Shown here: piece by piece, positions 30,590-42,083 of the stretch
Numbering within the stretch: position 1 is the stretch's first letter
Layout of the letters: every line of letters starts with the position of its first letter
Assembly (NCBI GenBank): GCA_963762145.1
Contig: CAVXJS010000010.1
Coordinates: 224,001 to 288,000, forward strand
Length of the DNA stretch: 64,000 nucleotides
Source: an uncultured Candidatus Rokubacteria bacterium
GTDB taxonomy: Bacteria > Methylomirabilota > Methylomirabilia > Rokubacteriales > CSP1-6
Direction: 5' to 3'
Position numbers and translations under genes: made by a program
Notes under the pieces: generated by a model
The model's input: only the letters and a program-made list of their open reading frames with translations
Database searches by the model: none
Told to the model about the DNA's origin: nothing

Positions 30590-32920
30590 TCACGGCCGTC
30601 GCGGCCACCGCCCGGACGCCCGCAGCAGCTCGAACACCCGCGCGGCGGTGACGGGGGGACGGTCGATCTCGATGCCGTAGTCGGCGAGCGCGTCCTCGAC
30701 CGCGTTGGCGACCGCGGCGGCGGGCGAGATGACGCCGCTCTCGCCCACGCCCTTGATGCCGAGGGGATTGATCGCGGACGGGAAATCCAGGTGGATGACC
30801 TCGAGCGGCGGCATCTCGTCGGCGCGCGGCATCGGCGTAGTCCATGAGGGTGCCGGTGAGGAGCTGGCCCGCGTCGTCGTAGATCAGCGCCTCGCCCAGC
30901 GCGCTGCCGAGACCCTGGGCGATGCCGCCGTGGAGCTGGCCCTCGACGATCATCGGGTTGATGGGCCGCCCGCAGTCGTGCATGGCGAGCGAGCTTGAGC
31001 AGCCGGATGCTGCACGCTTCCACGATCCACCTCGGCGACGACGCCCTGCACGCCGAAGGCCCACGTGACCGTGTCGGGATAGAAGAAGGCGCAGGCGCTG
31101 AGCCCGGGGCCTCCCGCGTCCGCCACCGCGCGGCTCCGCACCGCGGCGCGCGCCACCTGGCCCAGGCTCACGCTCTTGCCGGGCACGCCCTTCACGTGCA
31201 CGCGACCCTCGGCGAGCACGACGTCCTCGGGCGCGCACTCGAAGAGCTCGGCGGCCACGAGGCGCGCCTTGTGCGCCACCTGCGCGGCGGTGCGCTGCAC
31301 CGCGGGGCCGCTCACCGCGGCCACCCGGCTCGCGATCGTGCCCATGCCGTAGCCGACCAGGCTGGTGTCGCCGCCCACCACCACCACGGACTCGAGCGGC
31401 ACCGCCAGCTCGTCGGCCGCGATCTGGGCCAGCGTGGTCTCGTGCCCCTGGCCCTGCGCGCAGACGCCCAGGTGCACGAACACGGTGCCGTCCGGGATCC
31501 ACGCGGATGTCCGCGCCCTCGAAGGGCCCGAGCCCGGTGCCCTCGACGTAGGCGCAGAGCCCGAGGCCGATGGGTCGCGCGCTCCCCCGGCGCTTCGCCT
31601 GCTCGGCCCGCCAGCCGGCGTAGTCGAGCGCGCGCGAGGAGCCGGTCGAAGGCGGCCGGGTAGTCCGCCGGGTCGTAGGTGATGGGCGCGCCGTCGCGGT
31701 AGGTGAGCCCGGTGGGGCGCGGCATCTCGTCGGCCCGGATCAGGTTTCGCCGCCGCAGCTCGGCCGGATCCATCCCGATGCGCCGCGCCGCCCGATCCAG
31801 CAGCCGATCGAGCACGAAGGCGGCTTCGGGCCGGCCGGCGCCGCGATAGGCGGCGGCGAACGTCTTGTGGGTGAGCAACGTTCCGGCCGATCCCGCGGTA
31901 GTTCGGCACCTGGTAGGGGCCGGGCAGGTGATTGATGGTGTTCAGCGTGATGGCCTCGCCGAGCATGGGCGAGGCGCCGTGATCGCGGGTGAACGCGGTG
32001 TCGATGGCCACGATGCGGCCGTCGCGCTGCAGGCCGATCCGCGCCTCGTGGTCCTGGTCCCGGTCTCCGGCGGCGGTGAGGCAGTGCTCGCTGCGGGTCT
32101 CGGTCCACTTCACGGGACGTCCGAGGCGACGGGCCACCACGGGCAGCAGGATCTCCTCGGGGTAGACGTGCCCTTTCACCCCGAAGCCGCCGCCCACGTC
32201 GGGGACGATCACCCGGATCCGCTCCTCGGGAAGGCCCACCACCGGCGCGATCCCGCTGCGCACCGCGAAGGGCACCTGGGTCGACGTCCACACCGTCAAG
32301 CCGCCGCCGATCGGATCGGTCGCGGCCAGCACGCCGCGCGTCTCGAGCGGCATCCCGGCCACGCGAGGGTAGCCCAGCCGCGCGGACACGACCACGTCCG
32401 CGGTGGCCAGCGCGCGCTCGACATCGCCCTTGGCCCCCGCGCTGACCGAGACGAGGTTGTCCGGCCACGTGTCGTTGACGCGCGCGGCCCCGGGCGCGGT
32501 GGCCGCGCGCGGCGACAGCGCGGCGGGCAGGGGCTCGTAGGCCACCGCGACGCGCTCGGCGCCGTCCGCCGCGACGTAGGGATCGTCCGCGACCACGATC
32601 GCGACGATCTCGCCGACGTGGCGCGCCCGCTGCCCGGCCATGATCGGGTGCACGTACGCCCGGCCCTTCGGCTCCGGCACGAGCGGGGGGACGTTCGCGG
32701 CGGCCAGCTCCGGCAGGTCGGCGAGCGTCCACACCGCCGCCACGCCGGTCAGCGCGCGGGCGGCGCGCCCGTCGACCGAGACCACGCGGGCGTGGGCGTG
32801 CGGGCTGCGGACCAGGGCCACGTGGAGCAGGCCCGGCACGCGCAGGTCGTCGAGGTAGCGGCCCCGGCCGGCGACGAAGCGGCCGTCTTCCTTCCGCTTC
32901 GGTGAGGCGCCGACAAGCAC
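30590..32920 (-). CDS. Xanthine dehydrogenase/CoxL-like molybdopterin-binding subunit (indels)
   Basis: [42 protein letters not shown] and GIKGVGESG motifs. Confidence 0.9.
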
Positions 32921-32941
32921 GTGGGAGCGGGGACCGGAACG

Positions 32942-33445
32942 CTAGCCGCGGGAGCCCGCGGCGCGGAGGTGCTCGTCGCGGCGGGACTGCAGATCGCCGT
33001 CGGTGTAGGTCATCAGCTCGGGCTTGGCCTTGCCGAGCATCACCTGCAGGTACGCGGGCTCGAGCCCCACGTTGGTGAAGCCGTGGATGACATTGGCCGG
33101 GCACGAGACGCAGTCCCACGGACCCAGCACCGTCTCCGCGCGGTTGCCCGCGCCGTCCTCGATGAAGACCAGCACCTTGCCCTCGAGGATGAAGAAGACC
33201 TCCTCGACCTCGTGGGTGTGCGGGGCATTGCCCTGGCCGGGCGGGATGAACATCACCGAGAGCGTGAAGTGCTGGGCCGGGATGACCGCGGCGTCGGCCT
33301 TGCCGGAGGCGCCCGAGCCGATGAAGCGATGCTGCGCGCGCTTGAAGCCCTCGACGCGCGCGTCGGCGAAGGCGTCCCAGTCGGCGCGGCGGTCGGTGAA
33401 GCGGGCCACGTGGGTGCGGAGCAGCTCGTCGAGTGCGTGGGCCAT
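32942..33445 (-). CDS. Cupin domain protein
   Basis: PPGQGNAPHTHEVEEVFFILEG...PANVIHGFTN cupin motifs. Confidence 0.88.
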   Translation of the reverse strand: MAHALDELLRTHVARFTDRRADWDAFADARVEGFKRAQHRFIGSGASGKADAAVIPAQHFTLSVMFIPPGQGNAPHTHEVEEVFFILEGKVLVFIEDGAGNRAETVLGPWDCVSCPANVIHGFTNVGLEPAYLQVMLGKAKPELMTYTDGDLQSRRDEHLRAAGSRG

Positions 33446-33570
33446 GTCGGTGTCCCTCCCGGGGGCTTCAGTCTAGTCGCACCGCATCGGGGCCGCAAGA
33501 CGCGCGCGCCTTGCGTCCGATCGGCCCTTCCGCTACGATCCGCGACGGACCGCTCTCCAAGGAGGCCCGC

Positions 33571-34416
33571 ATGGGCAAGATCGTCTTCGCCGGCGCCATG
33601 TCGCACGTGCTCGATCCCGACTACTACCAGCGTGCCTGTGGCGACGAAGGCCGCCGCAAGACCGTCGAGTGCATGGCCGAGATCGCCCGCATGGGCGAGC
33701 GGCTCACCGCGAGCAGGCCGGACGCCCTGATCGTGGTGGCCGACGACCACCTGAACGCGTTCTCGTTCAACGCGGTGCCCGCGCTCTGCGTGCGCATCGG
33801 CCGCACCGTGCAGCGGATGAAGCAGGACCATGCCGAGGCCTTCGACGCGGTGCTCGAGCACATGCCGGAGGAGTATCCGCTCCACGAGGACCTCGCCAAC
33901 CAGATTCTCGAGCAGGGACTGGACGCCGGCTTCGACCTGGCCATGTCCTGGGAGGCGCCGGTGGACCACGCCTTCCTGAGCCCGGTGAACACCATGCACG
34001 GCACGCGGCCGATCCCGCCGCTGGTGCCGATCTGGGTGAACTCCTTCGTGGCGCCCCAGCCGACGCCGCGGCGCTGCTTCGACTTCGGCCGGCACATCGC
34101 GCGCGTGGTGGCCGCGGGGCCGTGGAAGGTCGGGATCATCGCCACCGGCGGGCTGTCGCACTTCCCGGAGCTCTCGCTGCCCCGGGTGGGCGAGACCGAC
34201 ACCGTGTTCGACCGCAAGCTGATCCACTGGATGGAGGCGGGCGAGCACGAGCCGCTGCGCAACCTCGGGGTGGACGAGCTGCACAAGACGGGCGAGCACG
34301 AGTTCCTGAACTGGATGGTGCTGCTGGGCGCGGTGACGCCGGCGCGCGCCCAGGTGCGCTACTTCGGCGAGCTGCCCCGGATCAACCTGGCCGCCGTCGA
34401 GTGGAGCCTGCCGTGA
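33571..34416 (+). CDS. Extradiol ring-cleavage dioxygenase, LigB-type catalytic subunit
   Basis: AMSH, PDALIVVADDH, DHAF, ATGGLSH and EFLNW motifs; AAGGAGG RBS. Confidence 0.88.
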   Translation: MGKIVFAGAMSHVLDPDYYQRACGDEGRRKTVECMAEIARMGERLTASRPDALIVVADDHLNAFSFNAVPALCVRIGRTVQRMKQDHAEAFDAVLEHMPEEYPLHEDLANQILEQGLDAGFDLAMSWEAPVDHAFLSPVNTMHGTRPIPPLVPIWVNSFVAPQPTPRRCFDFGRHIARVVAAGPWKVGIIATGGLSHFPELSLPRVGETDTVFDRKLIHWMEAGEHEPLRNLGVDELHKTGEHEFLNWMVLLGAVTPARAQVRYFGELPRINLAAVEWSLP

Positions 34417-34628
34417 GCCGCTACGCGGTCAACAGCCTGCTCTACCGGCTCAAGAAGGACCAGGACTTCCGGGCGCGCTTCGACGCCGACGCGCCCGCGG
34501 CCCTGGCCGGCCTCGATCTCTCGGACGCCGAGCGGGCCGCCTTCGTGGCGCGCGACCGGCGGAAGATCAACGAGCTCGGCGGCTACCTGCACCTGGTGAT
34601 GTCGGTCCCCGGCCTCGCGGCCCACTGA
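34413..34628 (+). CDS. LigA-like small subunit of ring-opening dioxygenase
   Basis: GTG overlaps the upstream stop; SRYAVNSLLYRL...FRARFDAD...LSDAERAAF...LGG. Confidence 0.75.
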   Translation: MSRYAVNSLLYRLKKDQDFRARFDADAPAALAGLDLSDAERAAFVARDRRKINELGGYLHLVMSVPGLAAH

Positions 34629-34636
34629 GGAGCCCC

Positions 34637-35485
34637 ATGAAGCTCGTACGCTACGGGCGCGCCGGCGCCGAGAAGCCGGGGCTGATCGACGCGGAGGGAC
34701 ACCTTCGCGATCTCTCGCGGATCGTCCGGGACATCACGCCGGAGACGCTCACGCCCGCCGGCCTGAAGCGCCTGCGCGCCGCGCCGCCCGGTCGCCTCCC
34801 GCTGGTCCGAGGCAAGCCCCGGCTCGGCTGCCCGCTGGCCGGCATCGGCAAGATCGTCTGCATCGGCCTCAACTACACCGATCACGCCGAAGAGGTGAAG
34901 ATGGCGCTGCCGAAGGAGCCCACCATCTTCATCAAGGCCAACAGCGCGATCAGCGGGCCGGCCGATCCGATCGCGCGGCCGCGCGGCGCGGTCAAGCTCG
35001 ACTACGAGGTCGAGCTGGTGGCGGTGATCGGCCGCGTCGCGCTCAACGTCGAGGAGGCGGGCGCGCTGCGCCACGTGGCCGCCTACTGCCTGATGAACGA
35101 CGTCTCCGAGCGCGAGTTCCAGATGGAGCACGGGGGCGGGACCACCAAGGGCAAGAGCTGCGACACCTTCGCGCCCATCGGGCCCTGGCTGGTCACCGCG
35201 GACGAGATCCCGGACCCGCAGGCGCTCGGGCTGTGGACCACCGTGAACGGCGAGCGGCGCCAGCACGGCAACACCCGGGACATGGTCTTCCCGGTCGGCC
35301 AGCTCGTGTCCTACCTGAGCCGCTTCATGTCGCTCCAGCCGGGCGACCTGCTCTCGACCGGCACCCCCGCCGGGGTCGGCCACGGGGCCCGGCCGCCGCG
35401 CTATCTGGACGACGGCGACGTGGTGGCCATGGGGATCGACGGCCTCGGCAGCCAGCAGCACCGGGTGGCCGCCCGCCGGTCGTGA
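34637..35485 (+). CDS. Fumarylacetoacetate hydrolase family protein
   Basis: CIGLNY, DYEVEL, NDVSER, KGKS..TF and PGDLLSTGTPAGVG motifs. Confidence 0.93.
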   Translation: MKLVRYGRAGAEKPGLIDAEGHLRDLSRIVRDITPETLTPAGLKRLRAAPPGRLPLVRGKPRLGCPLAGIGKIVCIGLNYTDHAEEVKMALPKEPTIFIKANSAISGPADPIARPRGAVKLDYEVELVAVIGRVALNVEEAGALRHVAAYCLMNDVSEREFQMEHGGGTTKGKSCDTFAPIGPWLVTADEIPDPQALGLWTTVNGERRQHGNTRDMVFPVGQLVSYLSRFMSLQPGDLLSTGTPAGVGHGARPPRYLDDGDVVAMGIDGLGSQQHRVAARRS

Positions 35486-36843
35486 TCCTCATCGAGCACG
35501 GCACCATCATCACGGTGGATGCCGGGCGGCGGATCCTCACCGACGGATCCGTGCTGATCGACGGGGCCGAGATCGTCCAGGTGGGGCCCGCGCGCGAGGT
35601 GCGTCCGCCGCGGGTGCCGGACCGGGTGATCGATGCGCGGCGCATGGTGGTCACGCCGGGCTTCGTGGACACCCACGTGCATCTCTCCGAGCATCTCAAC
35701 CGCGGCCTGCTCCTCGACGACATCCCGGTGGACCGGTACCTGCCCGACTGGCTGATCCCGCTCTACTCGGTCATGACCGCGGAGGACGAGGAGCACGCCG
35801 CGCTCCTGGCCGGCATCGAGATGATCCGCACCGGCACCACCACCTTCTGCGAGGCGGGCACGCTCTTCGAGCCGGCCGCGGTGGCGGGCGCGATGGAGCG
35901 CCTCGGCATGCGGGCGATCCTCGGGCGCTGGACCTGGGATCTCGAGTCGGGGCCCGAGCGCATGCGCCAGACCACCCGGGAGGCCCTGCGCGCGAACGAG
36001 GGGATGCTCGAGGAGGTGAACGGCCGGGGACGCGGGCTCGTGTCCGCGTGGCCGCTGCTGCTGGGCTTCGGCACCTGCTCGGAGGAGCTGATCCGCGGAG
36101 CCAAGGCGCTGGCCGATCGCCACGGGGTCGGATGGGGGATGATGCACCTGGCCTCGCATCCCGCGCGGAAGACGCGCGACCGCCTTCCGCTCCGCACCCT
36201 GGACGACTGGGGCGTGCTCGCGCCGAACGCGAAGCTCTCCCACATGGTGTACCTCGACGAGGCCGATATCGTGTTGCTCGCGCGGCGCGGGGTGAAGGTC
36301 AGCCACTGTCCCACCGCCGGGCTCAAGCACACCAAGGGGCTGGCCGCGCACGCGCGCGTGCCCGAGATGCTGGCGGGGGGCGTGTGCGTCTCGCTCGGCG
36401 GCGACAGCGGCAACGGATCGAATCACTTCGACATGCTGCGCATGATGTACCTCGTCGCCAACATCTACAAGGACGCGCGGCTCGACGTCACCGTGATGCC
36501 GCCCGAGACGGTGCTGGAGATGGCGACGATCCAGGGTGCTGCGTCGCTGCTGATGGAGCGCCGGATCGGCTCGATCGAGGTGGGCAAGCGGGCCGACCTC
36601 GTCTGCTACGACCGCGACCAGCCGGAGTGGCGGCCGCTCCTGAACCCGCTCAACAACCTGGTCTACGCCGCGACCGGATCGAGCGTGCGGAGCGTGCTGA
36701 TCGACGGCCGCCTCGTGCTCGACGAGGGCCGCATCACCACGGTGGACGAGCGCGCGATCTACGAGCGGGTGGAGGTGCTGGCGCGCGAGCAGGTGCGGCG
36801 CGCCGGGCTCACCGTCGAGAGCAAGTGGCCGACTACAGGATGA
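35482..36843 (+). CDS. Amidohydrolase (AtzA/MTA-SAH deaminase-like)
   Basis: PGFVDTHVH, GTTT, SHCP, LGGD and GSIEVGKRADL motifs. Confidence 0.9.
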   Translation: MILIEHGTIITVDAGRRILTDGSVLIDGAEIVQVGPAREVRPPRVPDRVIDARRMVVTPGFVDTHVHLSEHLNRGLLLDDIPVDRYLPDWLIPLYSVMTAEDEEHAALLAGIEMIRTGTTTFCEAGTLFEPAAVAGAMERLGMRAILGRWTWDLESGPERMRQTTREALRANEGMLEEVNGRGRGLVSAWPLLLGFGTCSEELIRGAKALADRHGVGWGMMHLASHPARKTRDRLPLRTLDDWGVLAPNAKLSHMVYLDEADIVLLARRGVKVSHCPTAGLKHTKGLAAHARVPEMLAGGVCVSLGGDSGNGSNHFDMLRMMYLVANIYKDARLDVTVMPPETVLEMATIQGAASLLMERRIGSIEVGKRADLVCYDRDQPEWRPLLNPLNNLVYAATGSSVRSVLIDGRLVLDEGRITTVDERAIYERVEVLAREQVRRAGLTVESKWPTTG

Positions 36844-37594
36844 AGCCCTTGAACCCCTTGCGCGCCAGGGCGTCGCGGGCCGACTCGGCCTGCTCGCGCG
36901 AGGCGTAGCCGCCGACCCGCACCACGTAGGGCACCGCGGACGACTCGACGCGCCGGACGTCGGCGTGGTAGCCGTCGCGCTTCACGCGCTCGGCGAGCTG
37001 GCCCGCCTGCTTGGCGTTCTTGAAGGCCGCGATCTGGATCGTGAACGTCCGCCGGGAGGGGCTCGCGGGCGGCGCGGTGACCGCCGGCGGGGCCGGCTTC
37101 GTCTCCTTCACGACCGCGGGCGGCGGCGCCTTCGTGTCCTTCGCGCTCTCCTTCGCGACCGGCGCCTTTGGAGGCATGGCCGGCGACGCCGTGGCGGGCG
37201 GCGTCGCGACCGCCGCGACCGCCGGCGGTCCCGTCTCGACGACGGCGGCGCCCGAAGGCTTCGCGGTCACGGTGGAGATGATCGCTTCCGGGGTCCCCTC
37301 GCGCTTGGCCTGTGAAGGAGGCGGCGGGCCGATGTCGTACCAGCCGAGCCATTGCGGGATCGCGAAGACCAGCACGAAGGTGACCGCGGCGGCCGCGATC
37401 CCGATCCACATGCCGCGGAACGGCGAGTCGGACGGCTCCTCCATCTCGTCGTCCTCGTCCTCGAGCCACGCGGGCTCCTCGAGGGCGGGGAATTTCATCT
37501 GCGCGTCGTGCTCGTGGGGGCTCCGGCCCTCGAGCGGCAGCTCGCGCTCGTCGTGATCGTCGTGTTCCCGTCGCGTCTCGTGATCGGTCAGCAT
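36833..37594 (-). CDS. SPOR domain membrane protein
   Basis: Acidic N-terminus, one TM helix, Pro/Ala linker and C-terminal SPOR (FTIQIAAF...YVVRVGGY). Confidence 0.85.
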   Translation of the reverse strand: MLTDHETRREHDDHDERELPLEGRSPHEHDAQMKFPALEEPAWLEDEDDEMEEPSDSPFRGMWIGIAAAAVTFVLVFAIPQWLGWYDIGPPPPSQAKREGTPEAIISTVTAKPSGAAVVETGPPAVAAVATPPATASPAMPPKAPVAKESAKDTKAPPPAVVKETKPAPPAVTAPPASPSRRTFTIQIAAFKNAKQAGQLAERVKRDGYHADVRRVESSAVPYVVRVGGYASREQAESARDALARKGFKGFIL

Positions 37595-37677
37595 AGTCCC
37601 GGTTTAGCATGGCCCCCGCCACCCTCCGGCAAGAATAAAGACTGTCCCGAGTGACGCTGCGCGGCAGTGAATAATCT

Positions 37678-37712
37678 CCCTCGCCCCGGAGGGGAGAGGG
37701 CAGGGTGAGGGG
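37678..37712. repeat. Family B REP, single copy
   Basis: CCCTCGCCCCGGAGGGGAGAGGGCAGGGTGAGGGG. Confidence 0.85.
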
Positions 37713-37725
37713 GTCGGGGCGCGCC

Positions 37726-37754
37726 TTGACTCGGCGCATCGCCCGACGTAGCGT
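37726..37754 (+). promoter_or_regulatory. Putative sigma70 promoter of SDR gene
   Basis: TTGACT-N17-TAGCGT, with an AAGGAG RBS downstream. Confidence 0.5.
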
Positions 37755-37796
37755 TCAGCCGTTCCCGACCGACCCCTCACCACGAAGGAGATCGCG

Positions 37797-38633
37797 ATGC
37801 GCCTCAAGGATCGAGTGGCCCTGGTGACCGGCGCCGGCTCCGGTATCGGCCGGGCCATCGCGCTGCGCTTCGCCCAGGAAGGGGCGCGGGTGATCGTCAA
37901 CGACATCACGCAGGAGACGGCCCAGGAGACGGCGGACGCGATCGCGTCGGGCAGCGAGGCGGCGCGGGGGCGCGCCCTCGCCGCCGACGTGGCCGACTCG
38001 GGGCAGGTGCGGCGGATGTTCGCGGAGGTGGAACGCGAGTTCGGCGCGCTCGACATCCTCGTCAACAACGCGGGGATCGCGGAAGCGGCGCCCGGCGACC
38101 GGGAGAAGATCCGCGCGCGGTCGGAGGCGCGCATGAGCGAGCTCATGGGGGGCGGGCCGGTGACCACGCACTGGGACCTGACCCAGGAGATGTCCGACGA
38201 GGCGTGGCGCCGGATGATGGGCGTGCACCTCGACGGGACCTTCTTCTGCACGCGCGAGGCCCTGCGCCTGATGGCTCGCAAGAACCGCGGCGCGATCATC
38301 AACATGTCGAGCGTGGCCGCGCTCATGGGCCTCGAGGCCGCGGTGCACTACAGCGCGGCCAAGGGAGGCATCCTGGCCTTCACCCGCGCGGTCGCGCGCG
38401 AGGTGGCCTCCCGCGGGATCCGGGTCAACGCGATCTGCCCGGGCTACATCGACACGCCCATGACCAGGCCCATGTCGCCGGTGTCGCAGCGGCTGATCAT
38501 CGCCCGCACCCCCCTCGGCCGCTGGGGCGAGCCCGAGGAGATCGCCGCCACCGCCGCCTTCCTGGCCTCCGACGACGCCTCCTACTTCACGGGCCAGTGG
38601 CTCTCCCCCAACGGCGGCCTCTTCATCGGCTAG
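37797..38633 (+). CDS. SDR family oxidoreductase (FabG-like)
   Basis: TGAGSGIG, NNAG, YSAAK and NAICPG motifs. Confidence 0.92.
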   Translation: MRLKDRVALVTGAGSGIGRAIALRFAQEGARVIVNDITQETAQETADAIASGSEAARGRALAADVADSGQVRRMFAEVEREFGALDILVNNAGIAEAAPGDREKIRARSEARMSELMGGGPVTTHWDLTQEMSDEAWRRMMGVHLDGTFFCTREALRLMARKNRGAIINMSSVAALMGLEAAVHYSAAKGGILAFTRAVAREVASRGIRVNAICPGYIDTPMTRPMSPVSQRLIIARTPLGRWGEPEEIAATAAFLASDDASYFTGQWLSPNGGLFIG

Positions 38634-38639
38634 CAGATA

Positions 38640-38723
38640 GGGGTCAGGTCTTGAATTACGACATTTCAGCGCGCGGTGTATCTCTGACCGCGATGAAAAT
38701 GTCGTAATTCAAGACCTGACCCC
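38640..38723. repeat. Family A palindromic element, copy 3
   Basis: Perfect 27-bp arms GGGGTCAGGTCTTGAATTACGACATTT / AAATGTCGTAATTCAAGACCTGACCCC. Confidence 0.92.
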
Positions 38724-38739
38724 AGACTAAGCGCCCGGC

Positions 38740-39189
38740 CTAGCGCGCGACGCGTTGGATGGCGGAGCGCGCGAGGGCGTCGGCGCGCTCGTTGAGCGGG
38801 TCGCCGCTGTGGCCGGCGACCTTGTGCCAGGTGACGTCGTGCTGGTCGACGGCCAGCGCGATCAGCGGCTCCCAGAGGTCGCGGTTGTCCACCGGCTTCT
38901 TGCTGGAACTGATCCAGCCGTTCTTCCGCCAGCGCTCGTACCACTTGTCGCGGAAGCAGTTGATCACGTACGCGCTGTCGCTGTAGATGGCGACGCGCCG
39001 GCGGCCCGGGAGCGAGCGGAGGCCCTCGAGCGGGGCGGTCAGCTCCATGCGCTGGTTGGTGGTGGGGTTCTCACCCCCCGAGAGCTCGAGCTCCCGGCCG
39101 TCCTCCATGAGGATGGCGCCCCAGCCGCCGGGGCCGGGATTGCCCGAGCAGGCGCCGTCCGTGTACATGACGATCGGGGGTTGCGGCAT
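38740..39189 (-). CDS. rnhA: Ribonuclease HI
   Basis: YTDGACSGNPGPGGW, TTNQRMEL, SDSAY, NRDLW and VAGHSG..NERAD motifs. Confidence 0.95.
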   Translation of the reverse strand: MPQPPIVMYTDGACSGNPGPGGWGAILMEDGRELELSGGENPTTNQRMELTAPLEGLRSLPGRRRVAIYSDSAYVINCFRDKWYERWRKNGWISSSKKPVDNRDLWEPLIALAVDQHDVTWHKVAGHSGDPLNERADALARSAIQRVAR

Positions 39190-39197
39190 CAGACCCA

Positions 39198-39280
39198 CCC
39201 CTCACCCTGGCCCTCTCCCCTGGGGGGAGAGGGGAACGTCAAACCCTCGCCCCGGCAGGGGGAGAGGGAAGGGTGAGGGG
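39198..39280. repeat. Family B REP inverted pair
   Basis: Copies at 39198-39234 and 39244-39280, immediately upstream of rnhA. Confidence 0.85.
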
Positions 39281-39310
39281 GATTCCCAAGAAGAGGGGGA
39301 TTGGGACTTT

Positions 39311-40018
39311 CTATGAGGGCCAGTAGATGTAGCGGCCGCAGGACTCGCAGGGGATCAGCGAGGCCTGCGCGCGGAGCTCCTGCAGGCGCTGGGGCGTGAT
39401 CTGCATGCGGCAGGCCCCGCAGAAGTTCGGCTTCGCGACCGGCGCGAGCGCCAAGCCGCCGCGGGCGCGCAGGATGCGGTCGTAGTCGGCCAGGATGGGG
39501 CCCGGCAGCTGGCCGGCCAGCTCCTTGCGCTCCGTCCGCACCCCGACCAGCTCGGACTCGACCGCGCGGAGCTGCTCCTTGGCGGTGGCCTCCTGGCTGC
39601 GGCCCTCGGCCTCGCTCTGCTTGAAGCGCGCCTCCGCCTCGCGGATGTCGCCCGTCAGCCGCTCCTGGGCCTCCATGAGGACCAGGATCTCCTCCTCCAT
39701 CTTGGCCTTCTCCTGCTTGATGTCCTCGATCTCGATCAGGACCGCGGAGTATTCCTTGTTGGTCTTGACCTCGTAGAGGCGGGCTTCGTTCTTGCTGCGC
39801 TTGCCCTGGACGACCTCGAGGTCCTTTTCCTTCGCGCGCTGGTCCTTGCGGGCGGCGTCGAGCCGGGCCTTGGCCTGCTCGACGTGCTTCTTGGCGTCCT
39901 CGACCGCGGCGTGGATGGCGGCGATCTCCCGAGGGAGCCGCGCGGCGTCCGCCTCGAGGGCGGCGATGCGCGAGTCGATCGCCTGCAGACTGATCAGTGT
40001 CTGGAGCTTCTGGTCCAA
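39311..40018 (-). CDS. C4-type zinc ribbon / coiled-coil protein (DUF164, CdsZ-like)
   Basis: LQAIDSRI, long coiled coil, NKEY, CGAC...CESCGR. Confidence 0.9.
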   Translation of the reverse strand: MDQKLQTLISLQAIDSRIAALEADAARLPREIAAIHAAVEDAKKHVEQAKARLDAARKDQRAKEKDLEVVQGKRSKNEARLYEVKTNKEYSAVLIEIEDIKQEKAKMEEEILVLMEAQERLTGDIREAEARFKQSEAEGRSQEATAKEQLRAVESELVGVRTERKELAGQLPGPILADYDRILRARGGLALAPVAKPNFCGACRMQITPQRLQELRAQASLIPCESCGRYIYWPS

Positions 40019-40064
40019 TGACCCCCCTCTGGCATTTCTTGCGTTCCGATCCCTTCAAGCATTT

Positions 40065-40100
40065 CTTGTATTCGCTCGGCTCGCCTTCGGCTCACCTCGC
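40065..40100. repeat. Family C repeat, copy 1 (downstream of tRNA-Ile2)
   Basis: CTTGTATTCGCTCGGCTCGCCTTCGGCTCACCTCGC, near-identical to 48744-48780. Confidence 0.75.
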
Positions 40101-40136
40101 CCTGCTGCCCTGCTACTGCCCCTGTCTAACGGGTTT

Positions 40137-40212
40137 TGGTGGGCCCACTTGGACTCGAACCAAGACCGGACCGGTTATGAGCCGGGGGCTCTGCCAATTG
40201 AGCTATGGGCCC
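40137..40212 (-). tRNA. tRNA with CAT anticodon, probably tRNA-Ile2 (lysidine-modified)
   Basis: GGGCCCATAGCTCAATTGGCAGAGC...CTCATAA...GGTTCGAGTCC...GGGCCCACCA. Lies downstream of rpoD like E. coli ileX; TGG-TATGAT -10 upstream. Confidence 0.92.
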
Positions 40213-40241
40213 GGCGGTCATCATACCACCGCGTCCGGGGC

Positions 40242-42059
<1,818 letters not shown>

Positions 42060-42083
42060 GCCTCGCCGTTCTCCTGGTGGGGT

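Noticed and set aside
6167-32920. Aerobic CO dehydrogenase (form I CoxL)
   Set aside because: Both active-site loops are AYRGAGR, not AYxCSFR, and no coxMS or accessory genes are present.
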